A DNA stretch of 64,000 bases from Phaeosaccion multiseriatum (GCA_965112735.1 OZ218954.1:4216001-4280000), one strand, 5' to 3'. Shown: positions 35,535-47,863, counted from the first letter of the stretch. Made by a program: numbers and translations. The notes: generated from the sequence alone by a model not told the origin.

Positions 35535-38339
35535 CTAAAACTTCGCTACATCATCGCCTGCTGCTGATGCTGCTGCTGATGCTGCTGCTGATGCTGGTGG
35601 TGGTGGTGCCTCTGCATCTACCTCTTCCGCTTCAAGCGTCCCGAGGCGCAGGGTAAGCATTTCGAGGACCTGGGGCTGTGACATGAACTTGGGAACTGGA
35701 AGAACAGAGGAGAGCCACAAGCGTGGCGTGAGCATGTGAGCATGCATGTATGTGTGGCGGGTGTGTGCGGGGGGGAAGCGTTCACTCACAGAAGTTTTGG
35801 TGCAGCATGGTCTCCACCTCGTTCTCTGCAGCTTGCAGGATGGTCCTGCGTTCCTCCTGTGCATGCATGGGTGCGACCATGAAACGGGGGGGAGGGGGGG
35901 AGAGAAGTCAGGGAGGCCGTTGTTGGGGTCCATAGGGGCTTCTATCCCATCGAAGCAAGCGCGCACGCATTTGGAGGGGCGGAAGCGGAAGCAAGCTCGC
36001 GAGGGCAGGGCGAGAGTCAGGGCAATGACAGAGAGAAGGCCAAGTTAGTAGGCCCAGATGCTCTGTAGTACCTCAGTAGCAGCATTGAAGGCCTTTTCTT
36101 CGTACAGGGACAACGCGCTCTTCCTCATGCAGGCGTCGACATTGATCTCCATATCTGCGTTCCGTCGAAGAAACTTGTCGCAAACCTCCCGGTACAGAGC
36201 GAACCTATCCATGTCCGAAGGAAGTCCGGCCTCCGCATCCGCAGATTCGGTTTCAGAAGGAGGGCAAAGGTCGTCGTAGTTTCGCACAGCTTTCAGGAAG
36301 GCATGTGACTCGAGGCAAATCATCCGTCGGAGGAAGGTTTCGAACAGCGCATCGAGGGCAGGATCGCGCGCGATATCCCTCACCGTCTGGATGGACTGAA
36401 TCAGTTCTGTCCGCCGCTTCCGAAGCTGCCAAGAGCAAACAGTAGGTAGGTAGGCAGGCAGGCAGGCAGGCAAGCAGGGATAGGGAAAGGAATGGAAAGG
36501 AAGAGAATGACAGGCCCATGAAGGATCAAAAGCATCACTTGCTCCCACACAGGTGCGTGGGCATGCAGTCAGTAGTAGCAGTAGCGCGGGAGGGGGGTAC
36601 AAGTTGTTTGTGTGCGTTCACTTGCCAGTTGGGCCGCGTCGTCTTCATCGGCGGTATACACCTTCCACCCCCCGCCTCTCTTCCACGGACCATTCAAGCC
36701 GGCGTCAGAACCTGAGGCCGCGCAGGGAAAATGGAGAAAGCAAGAAAAGGAGCAACGGGGCGACACGTCAGCCAGCAAGAACAAGTGAGGGGAGGAGGGC
36801 CTCGAGCTGAGGCTTGTCGCTCGGCACAACGCTACCATCGCCAAGGCTCCTTTCTACCCATTCGTCGTTGTTGGTTCCTCTCTCGCCCTGTCCCTCCCTT
36901 CTCCTCCACTCCGTCTGGGTTGCTTTCCACCCGTCGCACCTTCAGTTTCGGTCCCACCGACTAGATATTCCCCCTTGTCCCCTGTAATCCAATTGCTCCG
37001 GGCCCAGTAGTACATATGCATGAACGGCAAGATGAGCGTGGGCGGGAGGAGGAGAAGGTCCAGCATGTGGCTAGCCTTCAGTACATGGGAGTTGTTGCTG
37101 ATGACGAGCATAAACATGTACCCAATGTCAAACACTCCTTGAATGATGGAGGCCCCCACCAGCTCCTGTCCAACGCGCAACCTGTTCATTGGGGAGGGGG
37201 AAGGGGGCGAGACGAGAGAATGGGCAGGGCGGGGAGGACGGCCTTTGAGGGTCGTGCGCGGGAAGTAGTTGGAAAGGGGACAGGCACGCAGGTAAGAGGT
37301 AAGAGAGGCTCTTACTTTGGTGTACGCACCCGTCATTGCAAGCGATTGCGCGTCTCCCCCAGTATACAGCAAAGAATTTGAGGGACACCTTGAGAGGCGT
37401 GAAGAACTGCCACGGCTCGAAGAAGGAGCAATAACGATCTTTTGAAGGGTCAAGAATGAACCATCGGACGACCAGGAGGGCGACGGTCGCTAACGGCAAG
37501 TCCCTGCCTAGCAGTAGCTTCCACGCCCAGAAGCGATTCAGCTTGTGCTGATTCTTCTGTCGATACTCCCGGGTGCCGGTGGCCACCTGGAGCCTTATAC
37601 CGCGTAGCACCAGACACCGTACTGAAAGCGAAACGAAGAGATGGAAGGCGGAGAGGAAAGTGATGAGTTTCACGCATTCGAGGCAGCGACGGAGTGAATG
37701 TTCCCTCTTCGCGACCGAGTGAATGTTCCCTCCTGGCGCACCTATGATGACTTCTTTGAAAGAGCAGAACCACAGAAGGGGCTCACAGGGCAAGTTCCAA
37801 CCCTCCCGACGAAAAATTTCTTGCCACAGGATGAGAAGGGCAGTGGCGGCATGTTCGACTGCGAGGGGAGGGGGGAGAAGAGAGGTGCATTTAAGGGTGT
37901 CAGTAGCGAGCTTTACCTCATACCCTCTGGAATAGGAGTAAGGCCCTCGTCCACCTCCTCTCGGGGAAAGCCTTATTCAGTACTCACCACCGAGGGCGAT
38001 GGTAAGGCTGGGCGACCGTGCTCGCACTGGAGGGAGGGAGGGAGGGAGGGAGGCCACAGAAAAGCAAGAGAAGGGAGGTAGACAGCGCAACGGCAGCAGA
38101 GACAGCGGAGAACTGTTCGTTAGATCCATTTCCCACCTTCATCTCCTGGCCACCCTTCCCACTCAGCTACGACCAGCAACATTACGGCGCGAAGTGCCCC
38201 TCTCTTTCGTTCCCCGATGAGCGACTGACTGACCATGTTGAAGGTTGCGATGAACGATGAGCCAATAGATGTGAGGTATAAGCAGAAGGGGAAAGACAAC
38301 GCTCGACCCAATGACCAGTAGTATTGAAACAGGCTCCAT
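35535..38339 (-). CDS. 7TM-RGS protein (seven-transmembrane domain fused to a Regulator of G-protein Signalling domain), about 9 exons
   Basis: Spliced product begins MEPVSILLVIGSSVVFPLLLIPHIYWLIVHRNLQH-VRARSPSLTIALG and has seven hydrophobic segments, including 'LPCEPLLW' and 'CNDG-LRVGQEL'. The RGS box follows: LFETFLRRMICLESHAFLKAVRNY...DKFLRRNADMEINVD...MLHQNF-FPKF. GC donor at 36625. Confidence 0.82.
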
Positions 38340-38591
38340 CGGGGGTGAGGAGCTTCCTGTACATGTAAAGGAAGTGGGAAGTATATATGGAAGTGGGAAG
38401 TAGCAGTTACATAGATTCCACCTCCTCTAAATCACAGATGCGATTTTTCGTACGATGGTTTGAATTTGAATTTGTGCTGGATCGGAAAACGCACATTTTT
38501 TTTATTTTTTTGGCGGAGGAGAGCAAGGTGACGTGATTGCATCCCGATACCTCCTCCACTGGCAGACACTCCTCCGCCTGCTTCGTGGACT

Positions 38592-40649
38592 ATGGAGGAA
38601 GCGCTTCAGCGGATTGAAGAGTGGCGAGAGGGAAGCAGCAGTGAGGGGAAGGGCGTCGGTGTGGACGAGCTTTCGCTTGTTCTGGCAGCCGTCCTATCTA
38701 CCATCGACTTTGACTCGCTGAAAATGAAGAAGAAGGGGGTGACGCCCCTCCACGCTCTTGCGAGGATGGATGAGAGCGATCTTGAAGGGAAGGGAGTGCA
38801 GATACGGGGAAGCGTGAAGCTGCTGAAAGACTGCGGGCTGGACATTGATGCGAGACGAGGAGGAGAAGAAAACACGGGCTATGATGAGGATTATGATATC
38901 GTAATTGGTGGGAAGACTGCGCTGATCGACGCTGCATTAAATGGGCACTTCGATTTGGTGCAGGGGCTCGTGGAGGAGGGTGCAGATGTGGACAAGGATG
39001 ATTGGCTTGACTCTGTTCCCTTAGCTGCAGCTGCTGGTTTCGACCTGTCGGAGCAAGAAGGGTGGGGAAGTCACCCCACGATCCTATCGTACCTTCTGGA
39101 GCATGGGGCCAGGATGGAGGATAGCTACGCCTTGCACAGCGCCGCAGCAGCTGGTTGTCCTGAGTCTGTGAGCATACTACTCAAGGCCGGGGCCGAGATA
39201 GAGGAAAGACACTGGCATACCACACCAGCCCAGTACTGCTGTAAGGTGTCCGATGATAGCACTGACGGGAGAGTGGAGACCCTGTCCTTGCTGTTGGAGG
39301 CAGGAGATGATTTGAACGTGAAGAGCAGGTCATGTCATCAATCTCTCTTGCACACAGCCGCTTTTACTGGTAACAGTGAAGTTATTGAAGACCTCGTCCG
39401 TCGAGGGCTGGCGGTGGACATGAAGGACTCTGATCAGCGCACTCCTCTGCACCTCGCTGCTATGCACGGCAGCTCCACCTGTGTGAAGGCGCTCATCCGC
39501 CTCGGTGCCCCCCTCGACGCTGTTGATTCCGATAAGAGCACGCCACTCCACTTGGCTCTGCAGGACGAGGAGGTGGACGCTTCTGCCGAGCTGATCGACG
39601 CAGGATCCAACGTGAACGCCAAGCGAGACTGCAACATTGCACCCCTTCATCTGGCAGCGGCATGGGGCAACATGAGGCTTGCGTACCTCCTGTTGGAGGC
39701 CGGGGCTGAGGTCGATGCTCTGACCACCACGGGGAGCAGCCCCTTGATGGTGTGCATGGCTCCTGCAAAGGACGACGAAATGTCAGCCCTGTTTGGGTAT
39801 GGAGGGTCGCAGGGAGATAGGGAAAAGGTGGCGGCACTCCTGCTGGAGATGGGCGCTGCAGTCACCAAGTCAGTCATGGCCTTGGCTGGAGAGAGCGATT
39901 GTGGGGACGTTATCGGGGCGTATGTCAGTAAGGAAAGAGACGCACACGAATCTGCTCATCGTGTCTGCAATACCATAGCTGGACACATCTCTTCCGGCTC
40001 TGCCTACTCTGAGGCCGCCAAGGAGGACCGTGTGGTGCGAGTGCGCTTGGTAGACAGGACAACGGGGAAGAGGAAGGACACGCAGTACACACTGAGCATA
40101 CCTCTGATGGAGCTGCTGATGGACAAGACTGAGGGAGAGGGAGGGAGCTCTGACGGCTCGGACAGGCATGACACGGCTGCAGGCAGTCTCCCCACCATGC
40201 TGGACCCGGCGGGGCGTGGCTTCATGGGCATCAAAGGCAAGGGCAAGGACGAGGTGGAGATGACGTTTGACGGAGTGGACTTTACCGAGGAGGGCTTTGC
40301 GGCTGTGGTGCAGTTCGTCACGACGGGTAGCGTCAAGAGCCTGCTTACCCGAGGGCGTCGTGGGCAGCTGAGCACGGAGAGGAGGGCTAGCACCAACAGT
40401 GGCAGCAGTAGGATCACCTCCGAGATGGTCGGTGGTGGGAGTAGCGGTGAGGCATCAGGAGGGAGGAAGAGGGAGCGCGTGAAGCTCTTTGACGAGGTGA
40501 GGGCTCAGCAGGCTCTGCAGGCAGCGGGCTTCTTCTGCATCGAGGCCATGTCGAGGGAGGTGAAGGCGCTCATGACTCTATACGGCTTTGAGCTGGCCAA
40601 GGAGGGGGACGACGAGCCGCCGAGGAAGCGAAGCAGGGAGGACCCCTAA
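38592..40649 (+). CDS. Intronless ankyrin-repeat protein with C-terminal BTB/POZ-like domain (paralog C, dispersed, opposite strand)
   Basis: Single 685-aa ORF colinear with paralogs A and B. Near-identical C-terminal region, ending PPRKRSR. Confidence 0.87.
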   Translation: MEEALQRIEEWREGSSSEGKGVGVDELSLVLAAVLSTIDFDSLKMKKKGVTPLHALARMDESDLEGKGVQIRGSVKLLKDCGLDIDARRGGEENTGYDEDYDIVIGGKTALIDAALNGHFDLVQGLVEEGADVDKDDWLDSVPLAAAAGFDLSEQEGWGSHPTILSYLLEHGARMEDSYALHSAAAAGCPESVSILLKAGAEIEERHWHTTPAQYCCKVSDDSTDGRVETLSLLLEAGDDLNVKSRSCHQSLLHTAAFTGNSEVIEDLVRRGLAVDMKDSDQRTPLHLAAMHGSSTCVKALIRLGAPLDAVDSDKSTPLHLALQDEEVDASAELIDAGSNVNAKRDCNIAPLHLAAAWGNMRLAYLLLEAGAEVDALTTTGSSPLMVCMAPAKDDEMSALFGYGGSQGDREKVAALLLEMGAAVTKSVMALAGESDCGDVIGAYVSKERDAHESAHRVCNTIAGHISSGSAYSEAAKEDRVVRVRLVDRTTGKRKDTQYTLSIPLMELLMDKTEGEGGSSDGSDRHDTAAGSLPTMLDPAGRGFMGIKGKGKDEVEMTFDGVDFTEEGFAAVVQFVTTGSVKSLLTRGRRGQLSTERRASTNSGSSRITSEMVGGGSSGEASGGRKRERVKLFDEVRAQQALQAAGFFCIEAMSREVKALMTLYGFELAKEGDDEPPRKRSREDP

Positions 40650-40791
40650 ATGAACGTGCGTTATTTCCCTGTCTAGGAATGCAGTGCCATCCCTTTGCTT
40701 AACTCAAAAAACGCTTTCTTTGTCAAACATAAACTCTCTGCCTCAATCTCACTTTCCGAAAGAAGGTCGTCAGTACGCCAACACAACTTGC

Positions 40792-42721
40792 TCAGCACCG
40801 CTGCTGCCGCCCCCTCAGCCAATCACCCAATGCAGTGTGTCCAAAGGCCTCCGCTATTTCCGAAGGCCTCCGCCCCGCCCCGTCTATCGCCCCCAACCGC
40901 TGCGCAACACCATGGTGGCTCAGATGAGGAGGAAGATGGTGAAGATGAGGGAGCCACCACCACTCATGGCAGCAGAGCGACGGCGACGGCTCAGGCTCAG
41001 TAAGGCACCTCCTTCCTGCTTCTCTTCGCTGCGGCCTGCCCCCTTCCTCTGCTCCTCTTACTCTTCCTCCTCCTGCTGCTGCTGCTCCTCCTGCTGTTTC
41101 CCTCGTTCTTGCTCTCTCCTGCTCCTCCTCCTCCTCCTCCTCCTCCTCCTCCTCCTCCTCTTGCTCTTCCCAATCTACTTCTTCCCCTTGCCCTTCTCCG
41201 AGCAGCCAGTGGCACAAGCGAGCATTTCCTCTCTGAGCAGCCTTGTGCAAAGTGGAGTGCCCCTCCCTCTGAATAGCCAGAAACAGCGCCGCTCCTGAGC
41301 TACCCCCCTGTCCTTTAGAGGCCTTTTCTGGCCTGAGAAGCCACCTACACACCTCTAGGGCTGCCTCTTCTCCTTCTCCCCCTCCCCCACCGCCCCCCGA
41401 TGCCCCTCCTGTCCCAACAACACGATGAGCGACGGACAGGGGACACACAAGAGGTGGAGTTGGGCCTTGATGGAAGGGGGGGGTGGAGGGTCAAGTCAAG
41501 TGGATGGCAGTTGATGGATGGGCGAGCTAGAGATAGACCATCACTGGTCGGTCAGTCAGTCAGTCAGTCAGTCAGTCAATCAGTCAATCAGTCAGTCAGT
41601 CAGTCAGTCAGTCAGTCAGTCAGTCAGTCAGTCAGTCAGTCAGAAACCTCCCCCACCGCCCCCCGATGCCCCTCCTGTCCCAACAACACGATGAGCGACG
41701 GACAGGGACACACAAGAGGTGGAGTTGGGCCTTGATGGAAGGGGGGGTGGAGGGTCAAGTCAAGTGGATGGCAGTTGATGGATGGGCGAGCTAGAGATAG
41801 ACCATCACTGGTCGGTCGGTCAGTCAGTCAGTCAGTCAGTCAGTCAGTCAGAAAAAAGAATAGCCCAGCAGGAAGAAAAGGCAGGCAGGTACCCACCTGA
41901 GTCCTCCCACTGCCCCGAGCTGTGTGCAAAGTCGTTTCCCATACAGGCCCAGTGTGCGGCGTTGCAGCCCCAGTCATTGACGGCGTGCAAGAGACAAGGC
42001 CACGCCCCATCTTGATCCTGCCCATATGCCTGCCTCTGTCCCTGACCTTGATCCTGGCCCTGACCCGGCATATTGTTTCGCTCTTGAGTTGAAGATCCAA
42101 TACCAGCGGCAGTTGGTGATACAACACCAGCAGCAGTTGGTGATACAGCAACAGCAGCAGCTGCGTCCATCAACACCTGGCAGCAGCGTATCCACCCCCC
42201 GTAGCAGGCCAGGTGCAAGGTCGTGGTGCCGTCGTTCGTCGTAGAGAGGGCGTGCCCCACCTCCTCCGCCACTGCGCTCGTATGCCTCCAAAATGGCCTC
42301 CTCCTGTCATCGTCGGAGTCGTAGTCGTAGTCCGGACTCCCACTACGACCCCCACCACCACCACCATTGGCTGCCATCCCACCGCTTTCACCACAACCGC
42401 CCTGACCCTGATTCTTATCCTGACCCTGACTCCGACCCTCACCCTGACCCTGACCCTGACCACCACCCCCACCACCACGGATACGTGGCAGTAGGTCGTG
42501 AAGCAGATAGGTCAACACCTGCTCGTGTCCGTTCCTTGCCGCCCAGTGCACGCATGTCTTCCCCCCTCTCTTACTCCGCATGGCTCGGGTGCGTGTGCCT
42601 GTGCCTGTTGAGTCTGTTGTGCTCGTATACCCAATTGCTGTGTCTGAGCCTGCGTCTGAGCCTGAAAGGCCAAGTGCTGTACGTGTTGTGTCTGTGCCTG
42701 CAGCAACAGCAGTTGGTGATA

Positions 42722-42753
<32 letters not shown>

Positions 42754-43261
42754 GGACGAGGAGTTGCGTCGGCGCCACCGTTCTTCTCCACAATGCAAGC
42801 TCCTACTACTCCACTAGGTCCGTCACCTTCCCTCCCGCCCCTCCTGTCGTCCTTGTGCCCCTCCAGCATGAGAGGACGCTCTCTCCCTCTCCCTCTCCCG
42901 CTCCCTCTCAGTCTGAGCCCCGCGCGGTGGTCCTCCAGCATGAACCTCAGACAGTTCACATGCCCCCCTCCAGCTGCCCACTGCAGGGCTGTACTGCCGT
43001 GTCGGTCTCTCAGTGCCAAGAGATTCACTGGAGGAGCGAGCACAAGGATTGGAGGTTGGTTGTCATCGATTGGTTGTCAGGGAGGAGGGAAGGGCGTGGT
43101 AGCGATGGTATGGGCAGTTCTTCCGGTCTCTGTTCCTCTATGAAGATAAGTAGCGCAACGATAGTAGAGAGAGACTTCCTTACCCATTAGCGCCCCGCTT
43201 GTGCCACTCTCCTTCTCCTGCTCCTGCTCCTCCACACCCTGCCGCCCTTGAGGCACACAAA

Positions 43262-43305
<44 letters not shown>

Positions 43306-44154
43306 TGCTTCTGCTGCTTCTGCTGCTGCTGCTGCTGCTGGATCTGCTCATCCCCACAGATTAATCTCTTCAAAGTGTCCAGGTCACCATCTCTTGCCGC
43401 GGCCAGCACGGGATGCAGGGACTGGTGGTAGGTGCTGCTGCTGCGGCTAGCCACGGCGCTGGTCCAAATCTCTCCTTTCTCCCCCTCCTTCTCGTGCTTG
43501 TGGCCCCAACCAGCCTGCTCTGCCCCCTCCTTGCGCGCTGCGAACGATGCTGGTGGTGCCATTTCTTCTAGCGACCTGCCACGGCTGCTGTTGCCATGCT
43601 TTCCTCTGCAGTTCTTCGCCCTGCGATCCCACTTCTTATCCCTACCGCTACCTCTACCACTGCTACTGCCATTGTACAGCACGCCTACTACATCATCTCC
43701 ATCCCCTTCCCCCCCCCGCTCTTCTTCCCATCTCTCCTCTTGCCACGCTTGCTCTGCCTCCATCACGGCAGCTCTGGCCCTTGCCGGCCACTCCTCCAGC
43801 TCCTGAGCCGAGGCAGCCGCCGCGGGGCTGTGCTTCTGCTCCAGGTGCGCCGCGAGGCCTCGCCCCCTGCAGAACCTCTTGAGCCGCCGCGCGGGGCACA
43901 ATGGGCACTTCACTGTGCCCGCAGTCTCGCTGAAACAAGAGAAGGAGAAGAATCAGAGAGGGAGAGGGGGAGGGGAAAGAGAAAAAGGGGACGACTCTGT
44001 GCTTCCCTCTTTCCACCACGTACCTCCGTCCCAAGAGTCTGGCCTCTGAAGTATCAGGCCGTGATTGCGACTTGAGAAGGGCATCCGCGTACGCGTCATA
44101 TCCCACCATGGGAGCAATGTAATTGTCAAGCACGGCGCTCAGTTCGGGTGCCAT
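40792..44154 (-). CDS. Protein with an N-terminal C2H2-like zinc finger and ankyrin repeats separated by low-complexity inserts. Predicted exons 44154-44024, 43929-43184, 43027-41897, 41408-40792
   Basis: CPLC...HLEQKH motif. Ankyrin motifs DRHGSTALQWAAGGGH, GKTCVHWAARNGH, DGTTTLHLACYGG, NDWGCNAAHWAC, EGHSTLHKAAQRG. Exon phases are consistent. Confidence 0.78.
41382..41854. repeat. Recent tandem duplication (unit 1 41382-41647, unit 2 41648-41854) spanning an intron 3' end and 27 nt of exon; contains (CAGT)n
   Basis: The two copies are essentially identical apart from (CAGT)n length; offset 266 bp. Confidence 0.9.
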
Positions 44155-44269
44155 CTTTTTCTCGAGGGGATCGATGTCAGAAATAGAGAGTCAGGCGCCT
44201 CAGATGGATGTCGAATCAATTTATAAAGAGGAGAGAGCAAAGAGCTAGGCCATCCAAAGGCACGTAGAG
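44155..44269. promoter_or_regulatory. Probable bidirectional promoter between the ZnF-ankyrin gene and mL49
   Basis: Only 115 bp separate the divergent ATGs; a palindromic TTTATAAA lies at about 44220-44227. Confidence 0.45.
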
Positions 44270-45024
44270 ATGGCGTCGTTTCTGCCCAGAGCTACGTCAA
44301 CGCTTCTGCGCCGGAGCTTGCCCTCCACACTCTGCCGGACGTCCAGAGGCACAAGAGGGGGGCCTTGGTCGGCATCCTCAGCAGCAGGAGCCGGCCCTTC
44401 CCTCCTTGCGTGTAGATTTAGCGACCTTTCGAATCAGACTATCACTAAGATCGAGCGCATTCAGCGAGGTGAGGAGTGTGCGCGAGCATGAGCGCCCAGC
44501 AATATCCTTGGACGTGAAATACTTCTGGCCCCGGGTTGGTACTCTGCTCTCCCTCTCTGTTCGTCTCGTCTCCCTCTCTGTTCTCCCTGTTTGTGAGAAT
44601 GAATGGAGCCCGCACTGCTTCCCTCACCCCACCCCGCCCCCACCGTGCCGCACCCACACGCATCCATACACCCCCACCCTGCAGCGAAGCGAAGGCGGGA
44701 GGCGACGGGAGGGCAAGGCAAGAGCGAGGAGGCGAAAGATGCCCCCGCCCCCGCCTTCCCAGCCACCTACGAACCCCCCTTCGAGCTCAAGTCAGGGTGG
44801 ACGCCACCCCCTCCTGAGGACGCTCTCAACCCGGATGTGCCCTTCAGGTAGAGGCACCTCTCCCAAATCGATACCTCTGTGCTGCTAAGAGCAAGTTATT
44901 GCCATGCTGCTGGCCATTGGCGCAGTAGCTGTACGGTGACAGTAAGGCGTGGTTATTCTCTCTCTCTCTCTCTCGCTCTGCCCCCCTCTCTCTCTTCCTT
45001 TCTCTGCTTCTCTCTCTCTGTCTG

Positions 45025-45067
<43 letters not shown>

Positions 45068-45764
45068 CTCCCTCTATCTCTCTCTGTCTCTGTCTCTCCC
45101 TCTCTCTCTTCCGCTGCTAGCGATGATAGAATAGACCAGGGCGAGGAGGCATGATCCACGTGTGTCGCTACTGTCCCTGACATGTGTACGTACGTCCTGC
45201 CTTGTGTGTGTGTATGCGTGTCTCTCTCTCTATTTATGTATGTAGGGTCACTCGTACCGGCAAGGGCAAGAGCCTGCCTGTGTACTCCGATTACAGAATG
45301 GGCAAGACCAGGATAAACACCCTCGTAAGGAAGATCTCGGGGGATGTAGAGGTGCGTAAGGGGGCATGGCAGTGGATGGGGAGGAGGAGGAGAGGAGGAG
45401 GAGGAGGAGGAGGAGGAGGAGGAGGAGGAGGAACGCCTTCTTCTCTCTACTGATGACCTCCCCTTTTGATGGATAATGTCCATTTGTGAGTCTTCCTTCT
45501 CATCCATCTCGCCCACCCACACCCCACCCCAACCCCGCGGCTCCCCCTGCCTCTCTACCCCTCTGCCTCTGCCCGTGACCCTCTGCCCCTCTACCCCTGC
45601 CCTATTTCCATATGCCTCTGCCCCTGCCCCTGTCACAGGCAATGGCTCAGGAGTTACAAAAGGTGTGTGGAGGAGCCTTCGTGGAGCAGAAGGCGGGAGG
45701 GCTTGTGGTGAGGGGGAACTACGTACGGGTGGTGAAGCAATGGCTCGCTGGATTGGGCTTCTAG
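44270..45764 (+). CDS. MRPL49: Mitochondrial ribosomal protein mL49 (L49/Img2). Exons 44270-44468, 44685-44847, 45246-45351, 45639-45764
   Basis: R/S/L-rich mitochondrial presequence. Domain PF-RVTRTGKGKSLPVYSDYR...TLVRKISGDVE-AMAQEL...VVRGNYVRVVKQWLAGLGF-stop is typical of Img2/mL49. Confidence 0.88.
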
Positions 45765-45825
45765 GTGGCCGTGATTGGATCTCTAGGTGGCCGTGATTGG
45801 GCTTCTATGTGGCCTTGATTGGGGT
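45751..45825 (+). repeat. About 22-bp tandem repeat copying the mL49 stop-codon region
   Basis: GATTGGGCTTCTAGGTGGCCGT and variants, about 3 times. Confidence 0.8.
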
Positions 45826-46876
45826 ATGGGATTCATTCGGCGAGACAGGCCAGCCGAGCCGGAGATTGGAGCAACAGTCAGAGTCAGAGCCGGGGAGTCT
45901 CGAGCGAGCGATCTAACCCCAGGCTTGCTTATTTGCCCGAGGGCTGGGAGGCTTCGGGAGGGAAGGGTGGAGCTAAGTGAGGAGGCGACAAGATGAGCCG
46001 AGGGGAAGCGATGGGGTTTCTCATCTTTCGTACAGTCTGGCAGTAGATGGCAGTAGATGGGTCGAGGAGGCCCCCGATAGAGGGATGCAAGGCAAGGCAG
46101 GCCAGCCAGCGCCAGCCGCACACACACGTGGACAACGATGTACATGACCTTCATCCCGATTAACTTCGAATCGTGCTAGCAATCATTGGGAAAGAAGGAA
46201 CCCTTTCTCTATTCTACTCTCCTTTTCCTTCTCTCTTTTAACGTAATCCTACCTACCTACTTACTTTAATAGGGGTTGGGAGAGAGGAAAGGCATCCAAC
46301 AACAGTGATGCCTGCCAGTGGATGGCAGAGGGTGGGCCACACAGGCATCTCATCCCTCCGCCGAACGCTGCTCCCCCAGTCTCAGTTTCACTGCAACAGG
46401 ACTCTGGGCCATGCCTGGCATGCAAGGAGCTGCCCCACTCGCGGCCCGAGCCTTGCTCAACATCGGAGAGAGAGAAAAGAGACTAGGTACATCCTATAGG
46501 ATCAGCAAGCCTTACAAGTCGGAGGTCAAGTACAGTACACAATCTGATAACTGAACAGGAAACTGAACAGAACCGCCCACGGAGCCCCCTGTTTGGCGAC
46601 GAATGCTCCTGAGCCCCCTCCACAAGTGCGCTTGCAAACAGGCACGTGCATCGGCCTGGTCTCTGGTCTTGAGACCAAGGCTCATAGAAGCCCCTTACGT
46701 TGTGTGCTGGGGAAGGGTCTAAGAAACTGTAACCGAAGGCGGAAGATTCCACCTGCCTCACAGCAGCAGCACCATCACCACCACTGCCACCGCCGCCGCC
46801 ACCACCACCACCACCACCACCACCACCTCCCACGACCACTACCACCACCACCAGTAGCAGTCGTCGCAGCAGTTAA

Positions 46877-47863
46877 CTATACAGGAGAAGCAGCAGGTGG
46901 TGAGGATACAGATACCGCGGGAGAAGGAGGTAGCGACACAGAAGTTGGTGATACAGCCGCAGCAAAGGCCCCTCCTCTGTCCGACTTCTTCATCGCCTCA
47001 AGCGCGTCGCTCAGCGGCGACCTCGGACCACCAACCCCACCACCACCTCCGTCCCCCCCACCCCCCCCTTCACCACCCCCTCCCCCCTCCCCCTCTTGAT
47101 CCGCTGCCCCCTCTGCATCGTCGAGAAGGAGGTGTGCTTTGCTCTTTAGTCCGATGTCTCGAAGGTGTTGCACTTGTTTGGCAATCTCTTGCAGCACCTC
47201 GCCCTCCTCGGCGGAGAAACACGAGTTTGTGCCTTGCGCTGGGCTGTTAAAAGTGAGACGGGGTCGGGAGGGGGGGGGGGGGGGTGAGAGAGAGAGGGAG
47301 GGAGGGAGGGAGAGAGGGGGGGGAGGGAGGAGAGAGGGAGGGAGTGAGACAGACAGAGACGGGTGGAAGTACAGTACAGTGAACCCCAGGAACGGAGATC
47401 CTGAGTGAGTTGGGCGGTGTGAAGAATGCAATGCAATGCAATGTAGGTGAGAGCCAAACAAGCAAAACAAAGCATAGTGCCAAGACAAGCGAGAGGGGCA
47501 GCAAGACAAGACAACAAGGGACGCAGCGACGCGACAGACAGAGAGAGAAGAGAGCGAGACACACAGAGAATAGCCGCAACTTAACACCTCTCCTCCTCCT
47601 CCTCCTCCTCCTCCTCCTCCTCCTCCTCGCCACTGCGTCGTTTCTTCCTTCCTGCTGGTCCGTCCTCCCGTCCGCCCCCCTCACCTCCGTTGCACCACTT
47701 CGAGAGAGGTTTGGAGTTGCTCCAAAAGCCGACCACTCCCGTTCTCTAATCGCCGCTCGAGTTCCCTGTTTCAATCGACAGGAGAGAAAGAGCTTCAGTT
47801 TCAGCTCACTCGATCATATTCACTACCCATTACCACCCCTCCTCTCTTCTCTCTCTCCCTCTC

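Noticed and set aside
4943-40649. Diversity-generating retroelement as the source of ankyrin variation
   Set aside because: No reverse transcriptase or template repeat in the window; differences include indels and are not adenine-restricted.
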